DNA of 64,000 nt from Chitinophagaceae bacterium (GCA_947458275.1 CANGYR010000012.1:1372-65371); one strand, 5' to 3'; positions 35,047-44,770 are shown, numbered from the stretch's first letter. Notes: generated from the sequence alone by a model not told the origin. Made by a program: numbers and translations.

Positions 35047-35736
35047 TTGAACACCCATTATACATATTTTCTTATACTCCTGTGTTCACTTGCCGGACCA
35101 CTGTTGCTTAGTTTTGATAAGAAAGTTGCTTTTTATAAGAAGTGGAAATTTTTATTTCCTTCAATGATATTGCCGGCAGTTTTTTATATCATCTGGGATA
35201 TTTGGTTTACAGAAACAGGTATCTGGAGCTTTAATGAGAAATATATTACCGGAATAAAATTGTATAATCTTCCGATAGAGGAGGTGTTGTTCTTTTTTAT
35301 AGTGCCTTATTGTTCTGTATTTATTTATGAGTGCATTCATTGTTATTTTCCGAATCTGAAACAAAACAATTTATTTGAAAAAATCTTTCAGGCCACGGGT
35401 ATTTTGCTTTTTATAGCTGCGATGATTTTTTGCAGCAGGTATTACACATTCATTACTTTTTCGTTAAACAGTATTGTTATTTTATTGTTTTTCATGTTTC
35501 GCAGGTTTATTGCTGAAGTCAATATCACTACATTCATTATTTCATATCTGATTACGCTTATTCCTTTTTTAATTGTAAACGGCTTCCTTACTGCATTGCC
35601 CGTGGTTGAATACAACGATAATCAAAACATGGGTTTTCGGATTTATACCATTCCTTTTGAAGATATTTTTTACGGTATGCTGCTGATTTTTTTAAATGTA
35701 TGCGGATTTGAATACCGAAGAAATAAACTTAGGTAA
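35047..35736 (+). CDS. Fused lycopene-cyclase-domain protein (CrtYc-CrtYd type)
   Basis: 229 aa polytopic protein with two lycopene_cyc-like halves (each with P.EE..FF / PFED.FY motifs). TTG start. Confidence 0.72.
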   Translation: MNTHYTYFLILLCSLAGPLLLSFDKKVAFYKKWKFLFPSMILPAVFYIIWDIWFTETGIWSFNEKYITGIKLYNLPIEEVLFFFIVPYCSVFIYECIHCYFPNLKQNNLFEKIFQATGILLFIAAMIFCSRYYTFITFSLNSIVILLFFMFRRFIAEVNITTFIISYLITLIPFLIVNGFLTALPVVEYNDNQNMGFRIYTIPFEDIFYGMLLIFLNVCGFEYRRNKLR

Positions 35737-35988
35737 TCGGATTTTTCACCCAACTTCTCTTCTTTTCAGTCGTTTCGTATGTGTAAGAACGTTAGATAAT
35801 TTAATCTGTGTAGTATGTGCCTTTAAAATTACACGATTATTAATTTGCCCAACCTTGTTATAAACTAAATGTTAAATTCGTGTTCGTATAAATCAATGCT
35901 TTCTTAAATATTTTTTTAAAAGTATTGATTTATGAATCCGACCACTACCCAAACAAACTATCAAGGGGATTTTACTGATTGTAAATTA

Positions 35989-35997
35989 CCCCCCCCC
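35989..35997. repeat. Poly(C)9 homopolymer tract
   Basis: Nine consecutive C. It lies 66 bp upstream of the kinase ATG at 36064 and encodes Pro-Pro-Pro in a 29-codon upstream ORF (35932-36021). Confidence 0.9.
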
Positions 35998-36063
35998 ATA
36001 TGTATATATGTTAGTAGTTAATTGCTGGGTTTTACAATAAAATTCAAACAACAATGAGTATAT

Positions 36064-37092
36064 ATGCATAGAGATTTATTGACACAACTAAACTGGGGTG
36101 CTGTTGAAATTAATCTTAACGCCACCATTCAGTGGGTGAATCCTTGTTTCGAAAAAATGACGGGCTTTTCTCTAAGAGAACTTAAAGGTAAAAATGCTGT
36201 CAAAATGTTTCTTAATTCTACTGTTGAGAAACAACAAGCTAGCTATCAACTCAAGGCCAGGAAAAAAAATGAAAATACTGTATTCGAGGCCAGAATTAGA
36301 AAAAAAGACGGGAATTTGATAGACCTTGTCATAAATGGTACGCCTGTGACTAACAAAGGAATCGTTTCAGGATCAATTGCATTGTGCTGGGACATAACCA
36401 ATATAAAAAATGCTCATCGTAAAACTGAACAAAGCATTCTTGAAATCCGAAAAGATTTTATTAGGGAAAATATGCTTATGCAGGAAAAGCAAAGAGCATC
36501 ATTTAGCCGACAATTACATGACGGAGTAGGACAAACGCTTGCGTATACAAGTTTATTTTTGCAAAAGTCGGCAATTAATGACAAGCATGATCAGAGTTTA
36601 TATATAAAGGCACAGGGTAAAGTTTCGGAGGCATTAAATGAGGTAAGAAGCATTTCAAGAAGTCTTATGCCGCATTCATTAAACGAACTTGGACTTAAAG
36701 AGGCCATCATTGAATTACTAAATCAATATAGCGACATTAAAAAAACCTTTTTTGTGCTGTCGTGCAATACAGAAAACTTTAAAAATATTGAATTTAATGC
36801 GCAGCGTAATATTTATCGAATACTAGAGGAGCTTACTAAAAATGCATCGAAACATTCCAAAGCATCTAATGTTCATGTTAAATTCACAAGAACAAAAGCA
36901 AGTTTAAAATTTACATTTAAGGATAATGGAGTAGGCCTGAAGAATAAAAAAATCAATAAAGGCTTAGGTTTGAAAAATATCAGAAATATGGTAGAGCTTT
37001 ATGACGGCAAGTTAGAAATTGAAACAGATATAAATAAAGGCAGCTGCTTCGCCATAAATCTGCCGTTAGAAAAACTGGTGGAGTTAACATAA
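36064..37092 (+). CDS. Single-PAS sensor histidine kinase (HisKA_3 type), an orphan paralog of the C-terminal third of the 909-aa kinase
   Basis: QLHDGVGQTLAYTSLFLQ H-box and downstream blocks (EVRSISRSLMP..L.ELGLKEAI.EL.NQY) align closely with 2961-5690. Confidence 0.85.
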   Translation: MHRDLLTQLNWGAVEINLNATIQWVNPCFEKMTGFSLRELKGKNAVKMFLNSTVEKQQASYQLKARKKNENTVFEARIRKKDGNLIDLVINGTPVTNKGIVSGSIALCWDITNIKNAHRKTEQSILEIRKDFIRENMLMQEKQRASFSRQLHDGVGQTLAYTSLFLQKSAINDKHDQSLYIKAQGKVSEALNEVRSISRSLMPHSLNELGLKEAIIELLNQYSDIKKTFFVLSCNTENFKNIEFNAQRNIYRILEELTKNASKHSKASNVHVKFTRTKASLKFTFKDNGVGLKNKKINKGLGLKNIRNMVELYDGKLEIETDINKGSCFAINLPLEKLVELT

Positions 37093-37125
37093 AATAGGAG
37101 CGTTGTGATTTTCAACGCTCCTATT
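37093..37125. terminator. Bidirectional stem-loop between the convergent kinase and RND genes
   Basis: AATAGGAGCGTTG-(7 nt)-CAACGCTCCTATT, a 13-bp perfect stem. Confidence 0.65.
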
Positions 37126-37150
37126 CAATCTGTTTTCCAGGTTATTAATC

Positions 37151-40100
37151 TTAAGCTGCGTTCAGCTTTCCATTCCAAACCTTCTTGCCCTGAATTTTTC
37201 TTACTAAATACATGATTCCTACAAAAAGGAAGAATAGCGGTCCGGTAAATCCGAATAAAGCAACAAATTTGGTTCCGTAAAATCTTTCCATAGGCCTTCT
37301 TAATCTTTCTGAAATAATGTACATGCTAGGTACCATTATCAGTGTGAGGAAGAAAGCGAAAATCAATCCATAAATAATGGTCCAGCTAAGTGGCCCCCAG
37401 AAAACTACACTATCTCCTCCGAAAAATATATGCGGGTTCAGATGTTGGAAGAAGGAAACGAAGTCAATATTGAAACCTACGGCAAGTGGCAGCAGTCCCA
37501 GCATGGTAGCAACTGCTGTAAGCATAACTGGAATAATTCTCACTTTCCCTGCCTGAATGGCCGCTTCTCTTGTTTTCATTCCTCTGCCTCTGAGTTCATC
37601 AGTAAATTCAATCAACAGAATACCGTTTTTGATAACGATACCCGCAAGTCCAATTACACCCACACCAAGCATGATGCTGGCAATCGTTTGTCCGGTAATC
37701 GCATAGCCAAGCAATACGCCAATAATAGAGAAGAAAATTTCTGTTAGTACAATGAATGGCTTACTCAATGAATTAAACTGCAATACCAGTATTAAAAAAA
37801 TCAGTCCCAATGCAATGGACAATGCAGTGCCAAGGAATTGGTTGGTTTCAGCTTCCTGCTCTCCCTGCCCGGTTTGTCTGATTATAATGTCTGACGGAAT
37901 TCTGGTTTTGGATTTGAAATCAGCAATTTTCTTACCCAACTCTTTATTTACTTTAGCTGTCATAGAAGGATCCAGTACATTGGATTGCAACTGTATGGTT
38001 CTTTTTACATTTTTTCTGGCTACAGCACCTGAAGTGTTGGTGTAATCTATTGATGCCACTGCGCTTATGGGTATGGATTTAATTCTCATGGTATTCATAT
38101 CCATGAAGGTTATGCGCATATTCATAAGGTCAGTTACATTATTGCGCATTAATTCGTTATAGCGCAATTGAATTTTAAATTCATCTTCTCCTTCTTTCAA
38201 TTTGGTTACTTCTTTACCGAACAGGGCTGTACGAATTTCCATACCAATTTGACCGGTACTCAAACCTTCCATCATGGCTTTCTCTCTGTCAACCTTAACG
38301 GTTATTTCTGGACTGTTTAAATCAACATCCATTTTTAAATTTTCAATACCGTATACCTGATTGGTATCAAGATATGCAGATAGTTTTGTTGCTACCGATG
38401 CGATATCTTCAAACTGCTCTCCGGTGATTTCAATATTCACAGGAGGGTCAGTCGGAGGTCCGGCATCTTCTTGAGACACCGTTATGCTTGCCCCGGGAAT
38501 ACCCACCATTTTAGCACGAATAGCATCGAGATAGGGTTTGGTGGCTTTGCCGTGTCTTTTTTCAAACTCAACAAAAGAAACTTGTATCCTTCCCAGATTG
38601 GGTTGTATACTTCTGTTATTGTCTCTCGGATTATTGGCACTGTTGGCAACATTGGCAATAACGCTTTCCACAATACTTCCTTCGGCTCCCGGTTTTTCAT
38701 TTTCCAGAACTTTATATACTCGTTGCTCAAGCAATCGGGTAATACTGTCTGTCTTTTTTACATCAGTGCCGGGAGGCATTTTCAGGTACACATAAATAAA
38801 TTTAGGATCGCCGCTGGGGAAGAAAGTAGCGTTGTTTCCTCTTGCAACAAGCAGTATAATAGAAATAGGAAACAATAAAAACAAACTTACCAATGCCCAG
38901 GCCGGACGGGTACCTTTAAGAATCCAGCGCAATAGTTTTTCATAACGGTTCATTAAAGCGGGCAATAATCTAGTTTGGAAAGTATGAATCACATCGCGGA
39001 ATACATAACGGTTCAATACCGCAAGAATCATCATAAACAACAGGAAATTTGCAAATCCATGTGAGCCCAGTAAGTGCAGGATAACTCCCGAAATGATGCA
39101 AGTCCAGAACCACCATTTTTTGAAAATATCTTTCTTAGGATCTTCAAATTCTTTTCCTTCAGGCTTCATGAAGCTTACTGCAAATACCGGATTGAAGATA
39201 AATGCCACAATAAGTGAAGCAGCTAAAGTAAGAATCAGCATCGTGGGAAGATAAATCATGAATTTCCCAATGATGCCTTTCCAAAATAGTAACGGAAAAA
39301 ATGGAGCTAATGTTGTGGCGGTTCCTGCAAGTACCGGGATGAATACTTCTCCTGCGGCTTCTTTCGCACTTCGGATAATCTTCACTTTGCCGTTGTTGTA
39401 TATTCTGTGAGTATTTTCAATTACCACAATAGCGTCATCTACTATAATTCCCAATCCAAATAATAGCGCGAAAAGTACAATGAAGTTTAACGTAACAGGA
39501 GTTCCTACAATAGAATCTGCAATTGGTAAAAACATGAATGCCACAAAAACACTCAGCGGCACGCTAAGGGCAACGAAGAAGGCATTTGTAACACCCATGA
39601 AAAACATCAGAATGACCAATACCAGAACAAAACCGATGATGATTGTATTTACCAGATCGTTGAAAGAGGTAGCTGTATCTTTACTTTGATCGCCTGTTAT
39701 AACCAGTTTGAGGTCATTAGGCAATTCATCGTTTTCCTGCATTTTAGCAACAATATCTTTTATTTTTCCTGCAGCATTGATCAGGTTTTCGCCGGCACGC
39801 TTTACGATGTTGATAGTGACAACATTTTTTCCATCTAATCGTGCATAGCTTTCTTTTTCTTTGATGGTGTCTTTTATTTGAGCAATATCGCGCAGATAGA
39901 CGGTAGCGCCTTGTGCACTGCTTCTTACTACAATCTCATTAAGATCATTGGCTGATTTAAACTGACCTTTAACTTTCAGTGTGCGCTTCATCGTGCCTAC
40001 TTCTACCAGACCGCCTGTGATGTCGTTATTCTCTCTTGAAATCGCATTTTCAATATCCATGAAACTTATCCTGGCGGCTTGCATTTTGTAGGGATCCACA

Positions 40101-40702
40101 TTTACCTGTATCTCTCTTTCGGGGGCGCCTACAATTTCAGCACGGGTAATTTCCGGAAGTTCTTCAAATCTATCCTGTAGTTTGTCTGCAAATTGTTTTA
40201 GTTTAATGCCATCGTAATCACCGCTTACGTTTACAAACATGATGGGCATTTCACTGAAAGCAAACTCCTGCACATTAGGCTGAGAAGTAAGGTTGTTGGG
40301 AAGATCTGATTTTGCCTTATCAATGGCATCTTTCACTTTTTGTTTGGCCAGTTCTGTTTTTACATCTGTATCAAACTCCACAATAATCAAACTGTAATCT
40401 GTTTGTGAAATACTGTTGATTTTTTTCACTTTTGCTCCACTGATGCCTTTCAGCTGCTTTTCAATGGGTCGGGTAACAAGATTTTCTATGTCTTTGGGAG
40501 AATTACCCACGTATACTGTAGTGACACTTATAGTTGGCACAACAATATCCGGAAATTGCTCTTTCGGCAACGTATTGAATTTGTAAAGACCAAAAGCCGA
40601 AATCAATATGGCAATAACATAAACTGCAGTACGGTTGTCGACCGCCCAGCTGGTAGGTTTAAATTCTTTAAATTTTTCTTTTAATCCTTCAATTATATTC
40701 AT
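37151..40702 (-). CDS. RND efflux transporter, inner-membrane permease subunit (AcrB/CzcA superfamily)
   Basis: 1183 aa. 12-TM RND topology with two large periplasmic loops. N-terminal AVDNRTAVYV...LPKEQFPDIVVPTISV. Confidence 0.92.
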   Translation of the reverse strand: MNIIEGLKEKFKEFKPTSWAVDNRTAVYVIAILISAFGLYKFNTLPKEQFPDIVVPTISVTTVYVGNSPKDIENLVTRPIEKQLKGISGAKVKKINSISQTDYSLIIVEFDTDVKTELAKQKVKDAIDKAKSDLPNNLTSQPNVQEFAFSEMPIMFVNVSGDYDGIKLKQFADKLQDRFEELPEITRAEIVGAPEREIQVNVDPYKMQAARISFMDIENAISRENNDITGGLVEVGTMKRTLKVKGQFKSANDLNEIVVRSSAQGATVYLRDIAQIKDTIKEKESYARLDGKNVVTINIVKRAGENLINAAGKIKDIVAKMQENDELPNDLKLVITGDQSKDTATSFNDLVNTIIIGFVLVLVILMFFMGVTNAFFVALSVPLSVFVAFMFLPIADSIVGTPVTLNFIVLFALLFGLGIIVDDAIVVIENTHRIYNNGKVKIIRSAKEAAGEVFIPVLAGTATTLAPFFPLLFWKGIIGKFMIYLPTMLILTLAASLIVAFIFNPVFAVSFMKPEGKEFEDPKKDIFKKWWFWTCIISGVILHLLGSHGFANFLLFMMILAVLNRYVFRDVIHTFQTRLLPALMNRYEKLLRWILKGTRPAWALVSLFLLFPISIILLVARGNNATFFPSGDPKFIYVYLKMPPGTDVKKTDSITRLLEQRVYKVLENEKPGAEGSIVESVIANVANSANNPRDNNRSIQPNLGRIQVSFVEFEKRHGKATKPYLDAIRAKMVGIPGASITVSQEDAGPPTDPPVNIEITGEQFEDIASVATKLSAYLDTNQVYGIENLKMDVDLNSPEITVKVDREKAMMEGLSTGQIGMEIRTALFGKEVTKLKEGEDEFKIQLRYNELMRNNVTDLMNMRITFMDMNTMRIKSIPISAVASIDYTNTSGAVARKNVKRTIQLQSNVLDPSMTAKVNKELGKKIADFKSKTRIPSDIIIRQTGQGEQEAETNQFLGTALSIALGLIFLILVLQFNSLSKPFIVLTEIFFSIIGVLLGYAITGQTIASIMLGVGVIGLAGIVIKNGILLIEFTDELRGRGMKTREAAIQAGKVRIIPVMLTAVATMLGLLPLAVGFNIDFVSFFQHLNPHIFFGGDSVVFWGPLSWTIIYGLIFAFFLTLIMVPSMYIISERLRRPMERFYGTKFVALFGFTGPLFFLFVGIMYLVRKIQGKKVWNGKLNAA

Positions 40703-40742
40703 ACAAATAATTTTGTCTTTATGTAAGCTTTATGTCAGATCA

Positions 40743-41945
40743 TTATTTTAATTCGGTAGAAATTAATTGTCCGTCATAAAGATTTTGATATCCCTCTGTT
40801 ATGAGTTGATCGCCTGCAGCAAGCCCTGATTTAACTTCTACATTCTCGCCGTAGATTTCTCCGATGCTGATGTTTCTTTTTTTTGCGGCAAATTTTCCAT
40901 TACCTCTGTTTTCCATTACATATACATACTTTCCTTTTTCATCTGTCTGAAGTGTGTTCACCGGAATTACCACTGCATTGACTGATTGATAGTCAAGTAA
41001 TTTCATCACAGCTGTTTGGTTGGGTTTCAACAAAGGGTCTGAAGGTATTTTTGCCTCTGCTATAAAGCCACGGGATACGGGGTCTATAGACTGACTAACC
41101 AATGAAACAGTACTGTTGAATGATTTATTGATATCTGTTACATTTACAACCAATGAAGATCCCTTACGTACTCTTCCAATATAATTTTCAGGAACATTGG
41201 CAATTACTTTAAGACTGGATGTATTCACTATTTTGATTTGTCCCATGCCGGTGAATATTTCACCTACTTTTACATTTACCATATCAGCAACGCCGCTTAC
41301 ATCAGAATAAATATTTGTAAGATTTTGTTGTTCAACGGCTATTTTTACTTGTTCAGAAGCGGCTTTCAACTGATCTTCCAAAGCTTTCGCATTTGTTTGT
41401 GCTGAAAGCAATTGCACCTCTGTACCGATTCCTTTTTCCCAAAGATTTTGTTGACGCTCATAGATATTTTTTGCATATCCCAGTTGTGTTTTTAAACCCT
41501 CCAGTTGTTGTCTTGCTGCAACAACGGCTTGTGCCTGAATGGCATCATCCAGCTTAAGTAAGAGCTGACCTTTTTTAACCGGCTGACCTTCTTTTACATA
41601 TATGGCTTTTACCTGACCGCCCATCCCTCTTGGTGTGATGTAAGAGATTTGTTCTGCATCAATCTTTCCGCGAAGGTCAATGTAATGTTTGAAATCCTGA
41701 ACGGCGACAGGAGCCACTGCCACTAGTTTTATTTTTGCGTCATTTACACTATTGGTATCAATTTTCTCCAGTTCATCCTGAAGTTTTCTGATTTCTTCAT
41801 CTGTTTTATTTCTTTCTGCTTTAAGTTTTTCCAGTGCAGCTTTTTTATCATTGATAGCGGCATCGCCTTCTTTCTTTTGTGATCCGCAATTTGTCAGTAT
41901 CACTGAAATAATCGCAATGCTGATGATTGTTTTGAATGATTGCAT
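40743..41945 (-). CDS. RND efflux periplasmic adaptor (membrane fusion protein, HlyD family), lipoprotein
   Basis: LTNCGS lipobox, coiled-coil hairpin region, beta-barrel domain. Confidence 0.9.
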   Translation of the reverse strand: MQSFKTIISIAIISVILTNCGSQKKEGDAAINDKKAALEKLKAERNKTDEEIRKLQDELEKIDTNSVNDAKIKLVAVAPVAVQDFKHYIDLRGKIDAEQISYITPRGMGGQVKAIYVKEGQPVKKGQLLLKLDDAIQAQAVVAARQQLEGLKTQLGYAKNIYERQQNLWEKGIGTEVQLLSAQTNAKALEDQLKAASEQVKIAVEQQNLTNIYSDVSGVADMVNVKVGEIFTGMGQIKIVNTSSLKVIANVPENYIGRVRKGSSLVVNVTDINKSFNSTVSLVSQSIDPVSRGFIAEAKIPSDPLLKPNQTAVMKLLDYQSVNAVVIPVNTLQTDEKGKYVYVMENRGNGKFAAKKRNISIGEIYGENVEVKSGLAAGDQLITEGYQNLYDGQLISTELK

Positions 41946-41970
41946 ATTTGTAGTTATTAAATTTAAAATA

Positions 41971-43380
41971 TTATAATTTTCCGGTTGCTTTTAAGAAATC
42001 AATTTTCGCTATGATGGCGTCGTACATGGCACTGTAATAGTTGTTTTGTGCGACTTTCAATTCTGTTTGGGCATTATATATTTCCTGATTGCTCCCCAAT
42101 CCCCGCTCGTACTTTAATTTTGTAGTATTGTAAACGTTCTCTGCCAGCTGCATATTTTTTTTCTGATTGTCTATGGTAAGCAAAGAGGACGTCATTTTTA
42201 ATTTAGCCTGCTCTACATCATTGTCAATAGAAGCTTTCAGTTGTTCAATGTTGTTTTTAGTTTTTTCAAGTTCCAGTCTTGCTTTTTGTGTTCTGGCCAT
42301 TTTTGCAAATCCTTCAAAGATGGGCATGGAGAGTCTTGCTCCGATAACAGAGCTTTTAAACCATGGTTCGTTAATCAAAAAATTGAACTCGTTGCGCTGT
42401 GTATTTTTATAAAAGTTTCCATAGGCGGCAATCGTTGGTAAATTGCTCAGCTGGTATCTTTTTATATTGAACTCTCCAAGTTTTTTTGCAGTTTCCAGCA
42501 ACTGATACTCTTTTCTGTCTGCATAATTATAATTATTATCGAGCACTCCGTCTTTAATCATATCAATGGTGATAGAATCTGTAATAATGAGTTTTTCTCC
42601 CTGAGGCATATTCATCAGGAACTTCAATGCGGCATTTCCCGCTTCCAGTTGATTTTCAATTTTTATTTTTTCTGTCTGAAGATTACTCAGCTGAACATTG
42701 ATTTTATCTACATCCAGATTTTCTGCAAATCCGTTTTTATAAATCTCTTTTGTATCGGCCAGTAATTTTTCAAAGCGGGTCACATTGGCATCTATGCTGG
42801 TAAGTTGTTGTCTTCCGACAACGAGTTGGTAATAAATTTTCTGCACATTTACCTTAATCATCTCTTTGGTCACATCTACTTGATTTTGATAGAATTTCAG
42901 TGACGCATCTCTTGCTCTCAAGCCAATAAAAACCTGGCCGTCAAATAACAATTGTGACAAATCGAAACCGGCATTGGCATTGTAGCTGGTTCCAAACTGT
43001 GCCTGCACCAGACCAAAATCACCCGGCGCTACTATAGGATTTCCGTTGCCGTCTTTTACTCCTTCAAATTGCAATACGCCATAAGTGGCGGCGGCAATGA
43101 AGTTGGGAAAAACCTGCACGGCAATATTGGGGAAGTTGTTTAGTGAGGCACTGCCGGATATTTTAGGAAGCGCATTGGAAGTAATTTCTCTGTTTACTTC
43201 TTTTTGAATTTTAAGATCCAGCAGCGCGTTGCGAACCTGTATGGCGTTTTTCATAGCGTAGTCAACGGCCTGGTTTACCGAAAACCTGTTTTCTTTTGTG
43301 TTTTGGGCTTGCACACAAATACTTATCACCGTGCCAATCCCAAAGAGCAGTATTTTTCTAATCTGTTTAATTGATTGCAT
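41971..43380 (-). CDS. TolC-family outer-membrane efflux channel
   Basis: 469 aa with a signal peptide. Two OEP repeats with long helical heptads. Confidence 0.9.
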   Translation of the reverse strand: MQSIKQIRKILLFGIGTVISICVQAQNTKENRFSVNQAVDYAMKNAIQVRNALLDLKIQKEVNREITSNALPKISGSASLNNFPNIAVQVFPNFIAAATYGVLQFEGVKDGNGNPIVAPGDFGLVQAQFGTSYNANAGFDLSQLLFDGQVFIGLRARDASLKFYQNQVDVTKEMIKVNVQKIYYQLVVGRQQLTSIDANVTRFEKLLADTKEIYKNGFAENLDVDKINVQLSNLQTEKIKIENQLEAGNAALKFLMNMPQGEKLIITDSITIDMIKDGVLDNNYNYADRKEYQLLETAKKLGEFNIKRYQLSNLPTIAAYGNFYKNTQRNEFNFLINEPWFKSSVIGARLSMPIFEGFAKMARTQKARLELEKTKNNIEQLKASIDNDVEQAKLKMTSSLLTIDNQKKNMQLAENVYNTTKLKYERGLGSNQEIYNAQTELKVAQNNYYSAMYDAIIAKIDFLKATGKL

Positions 43381-43387
43381 CTTCTGA

Positions 43388-44017
43388 TTATTTTTTTATT
43401 TGTCTTTTTTCTTTGTATTTGATGATTTGTTTATAACCTTTTTGCGAAACAAGTCCATAAAGAAAATGTAAAGTGATTTCTTCTTCTATGATGGCGAGTG
43501 ATGATTTGGTTTTGTTGTGAAAATCCGGATTAAAAGGTAGTACAATTGATTCAACCCGGTACTTTGTCAGCACTTCTATATTAATATCATCTCTGAACAA
43601 TCCTTCTTTAATCCCTCTGATAATATTGGCTTTAATTACGCCGTAGATATAGTCATTTTTATGTGCTAAAAATATTTTGAATGCGGAAGGGTAGTTTTTT
43701 TGCATGTCATACAAAAGAGAGGGGTTCATGGAGTGGAACATTTCCATCATGCGGTCAATAGCCAAAAACTCCTCGTGTACGGCATCTTTGGCCCTACTTC
43801 GGTCAAATTCACAATTTTGCTGGTTTTCATTGATTACTGATTTTACAACCTCTTCAACAAGCTGATCTTTATCAGTGTAGTACTGGTAAATGGTCTTTTT
43901 ACTTATACCCAAACCTTTGGCAATCTCGTCCATGCTCACGTTCTTCAGTCCGTACTGCATGAAGAGGTCGTGCGCATATTGTCGGATTCTTTCAGTGGTA
44001 TCTAGCAATTCACTCAT
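43388..44017 (-). CDS. TetR/AcrR-family transcriptional repressor
   Basis: ATG at 44017 preferred over the TTG at 44029. HTH VSMDEIAKGLGISKKTIYQYY. First gene of the efflux operon. Confidence 0.88.
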   Translation of the reverse strand: MSELLDTTERIRQYAHDLFMQYGLKNVSMDEIAKGLGISKKTIYQYYTDKDQLVEEVVKSVINENQQNCEFDRSRAKDAVHEEFLAIDRMMEMFHSMNPSLLYDMQKNYPSAFKIFLAHKNDYIYGVIKANIIRGIKEGLFRDDINIEVLTKYRVESIVLPFNPDFHNKTKSSLAIIEEEITLHFLYGLVSQKGYKQIIKYKEKRQIKK

Positions 44018-44035
44018 AAATCGGTGCAAAACTAC

Positions 44036-44063
44036 GGAAACTTTTTAGGTAGCAAAAGTTTCC
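44036..44063. promoter_or_regulatory. Candidate TetR operator: perfect 10-bp inverted repeat GGAAACTTTT-N8-AAAAGTTTCC
   Basis: Perfect dyad in the divergent tetR / DUF502 spacer, 19 bp from the tetR ATG. A minus-strand TAGTTTTG -7 box lies at 44027-44034. Confidence 0.5.
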
Positions 44064-44122
44064 TTGGGCATTTTTTTATTTTGGTACTCATTAGTACATA
44101 TTTTTACATTAAATATTATGTA

Positions 44123-44740
44123 ATGAAAAAAGGATTTCATTTTAAGAATTTTCTCCAGTATTTCCTGCAAGGTTTGTTGACCTTAGGTCCGATTTTTATC
44201 ACTTTTTATGCATTTTACTGGGTGGTTTCGGGGATTGATGGTTTAATTCCGATTTTTACCTACAGAGACGAGAGAGGGGTGGACCATGTACAGAACTATG
44301 GCCTGGGTTTAGTGATCGTAGTATTAATTGTCGTTATCGTTGGTTACTTTAGCTCCTTCTTTATTACCAATCGCATCATCAATTTTTTCGACAAGATTTT
44401 GCAGAAGATGCCTGGTATAAAACATATTTATACCACCACCCGCGACTTTGTGGAGGCGTTTGCCGGCGACAAAAAGAAATTCACCCATAATGTTCTTGCC
44501 AGTATAGATGATTCGGATGTTTGGAGAGTGGGTTTTGTTACCCAGGAAGACATGAATGATTTTGGATTAAAAGAGTATGTGGCTGTTTATATTCCAATGG
44601 CTTATTCCATTGCCGGGAATGTATACCTCGTTCCGAAGTCACGCATCAAAGAAATCCCCGGCATCAGCAGTTCGGAGGCGATGAAATTTGCCGTTACCGG
44701 AGGGGTGACACATGTGGATGATAAAGAAGAATCGTTGTAA
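44123..44740 (+). CDS. DUF502-family membrane protein
   Basis: Start moved to the ATG giving MKKGFHFKNFLQYFLQGLLTLGPIFITFYAFYWV. Two N-terminal TM helices plus a soluble C-domain, as in DUF502. Confidence 0.7.
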   Translation: MKKGFHFKNFLQYFLQGLLTLGPIFITFYAFYWVVSGIDGLIPIFTYRDERGVDHVQNYGLGLVIVVLIVVIVGYFSSFFITNRIINFFDKILQKMPGIKHIYTTTRDFVEAFAGDKKKFTHNVLASIDDSDVWRVGFVTQEDMNDFGLKEYVAVYIPMAYSIAGNVYLVPKSRIKEIPGISSSEAMKFAVTGGVTHVDDKEESL

Positions 44741-44770
44741 AATCGCTCACGGTTTAAACCGTGGGCGATT
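44741..44770. repeat. Hairpin/palindrome AATCGCTCACGG-TTTAAA-CCGTGGGCGATT, directly after the DUF502 stop
   Basis: 12-bp arms with one mismatch (G:U in RNA) and a TTTAAA centre. No T-run follows. Confidence 0.75.

Noticed and set aside
36064-37092. LOV/blue-light sensor role for the kinase next to the carotenoid operon
   Set aside because: Its single PAS domain lacks the GxNCRFLQ flavin-cysteine motif, and so do the PAS domains of the 909-aa kinase.
37151-44017. TetR-TolC-MFP-RND block as a novel system
   Set aside because: It is a standard tripartite efflux operon with its repressor. The 1183-aa pump is long but collinear with RND permeases, and nothing is unexplained apart from the operator noted separately.
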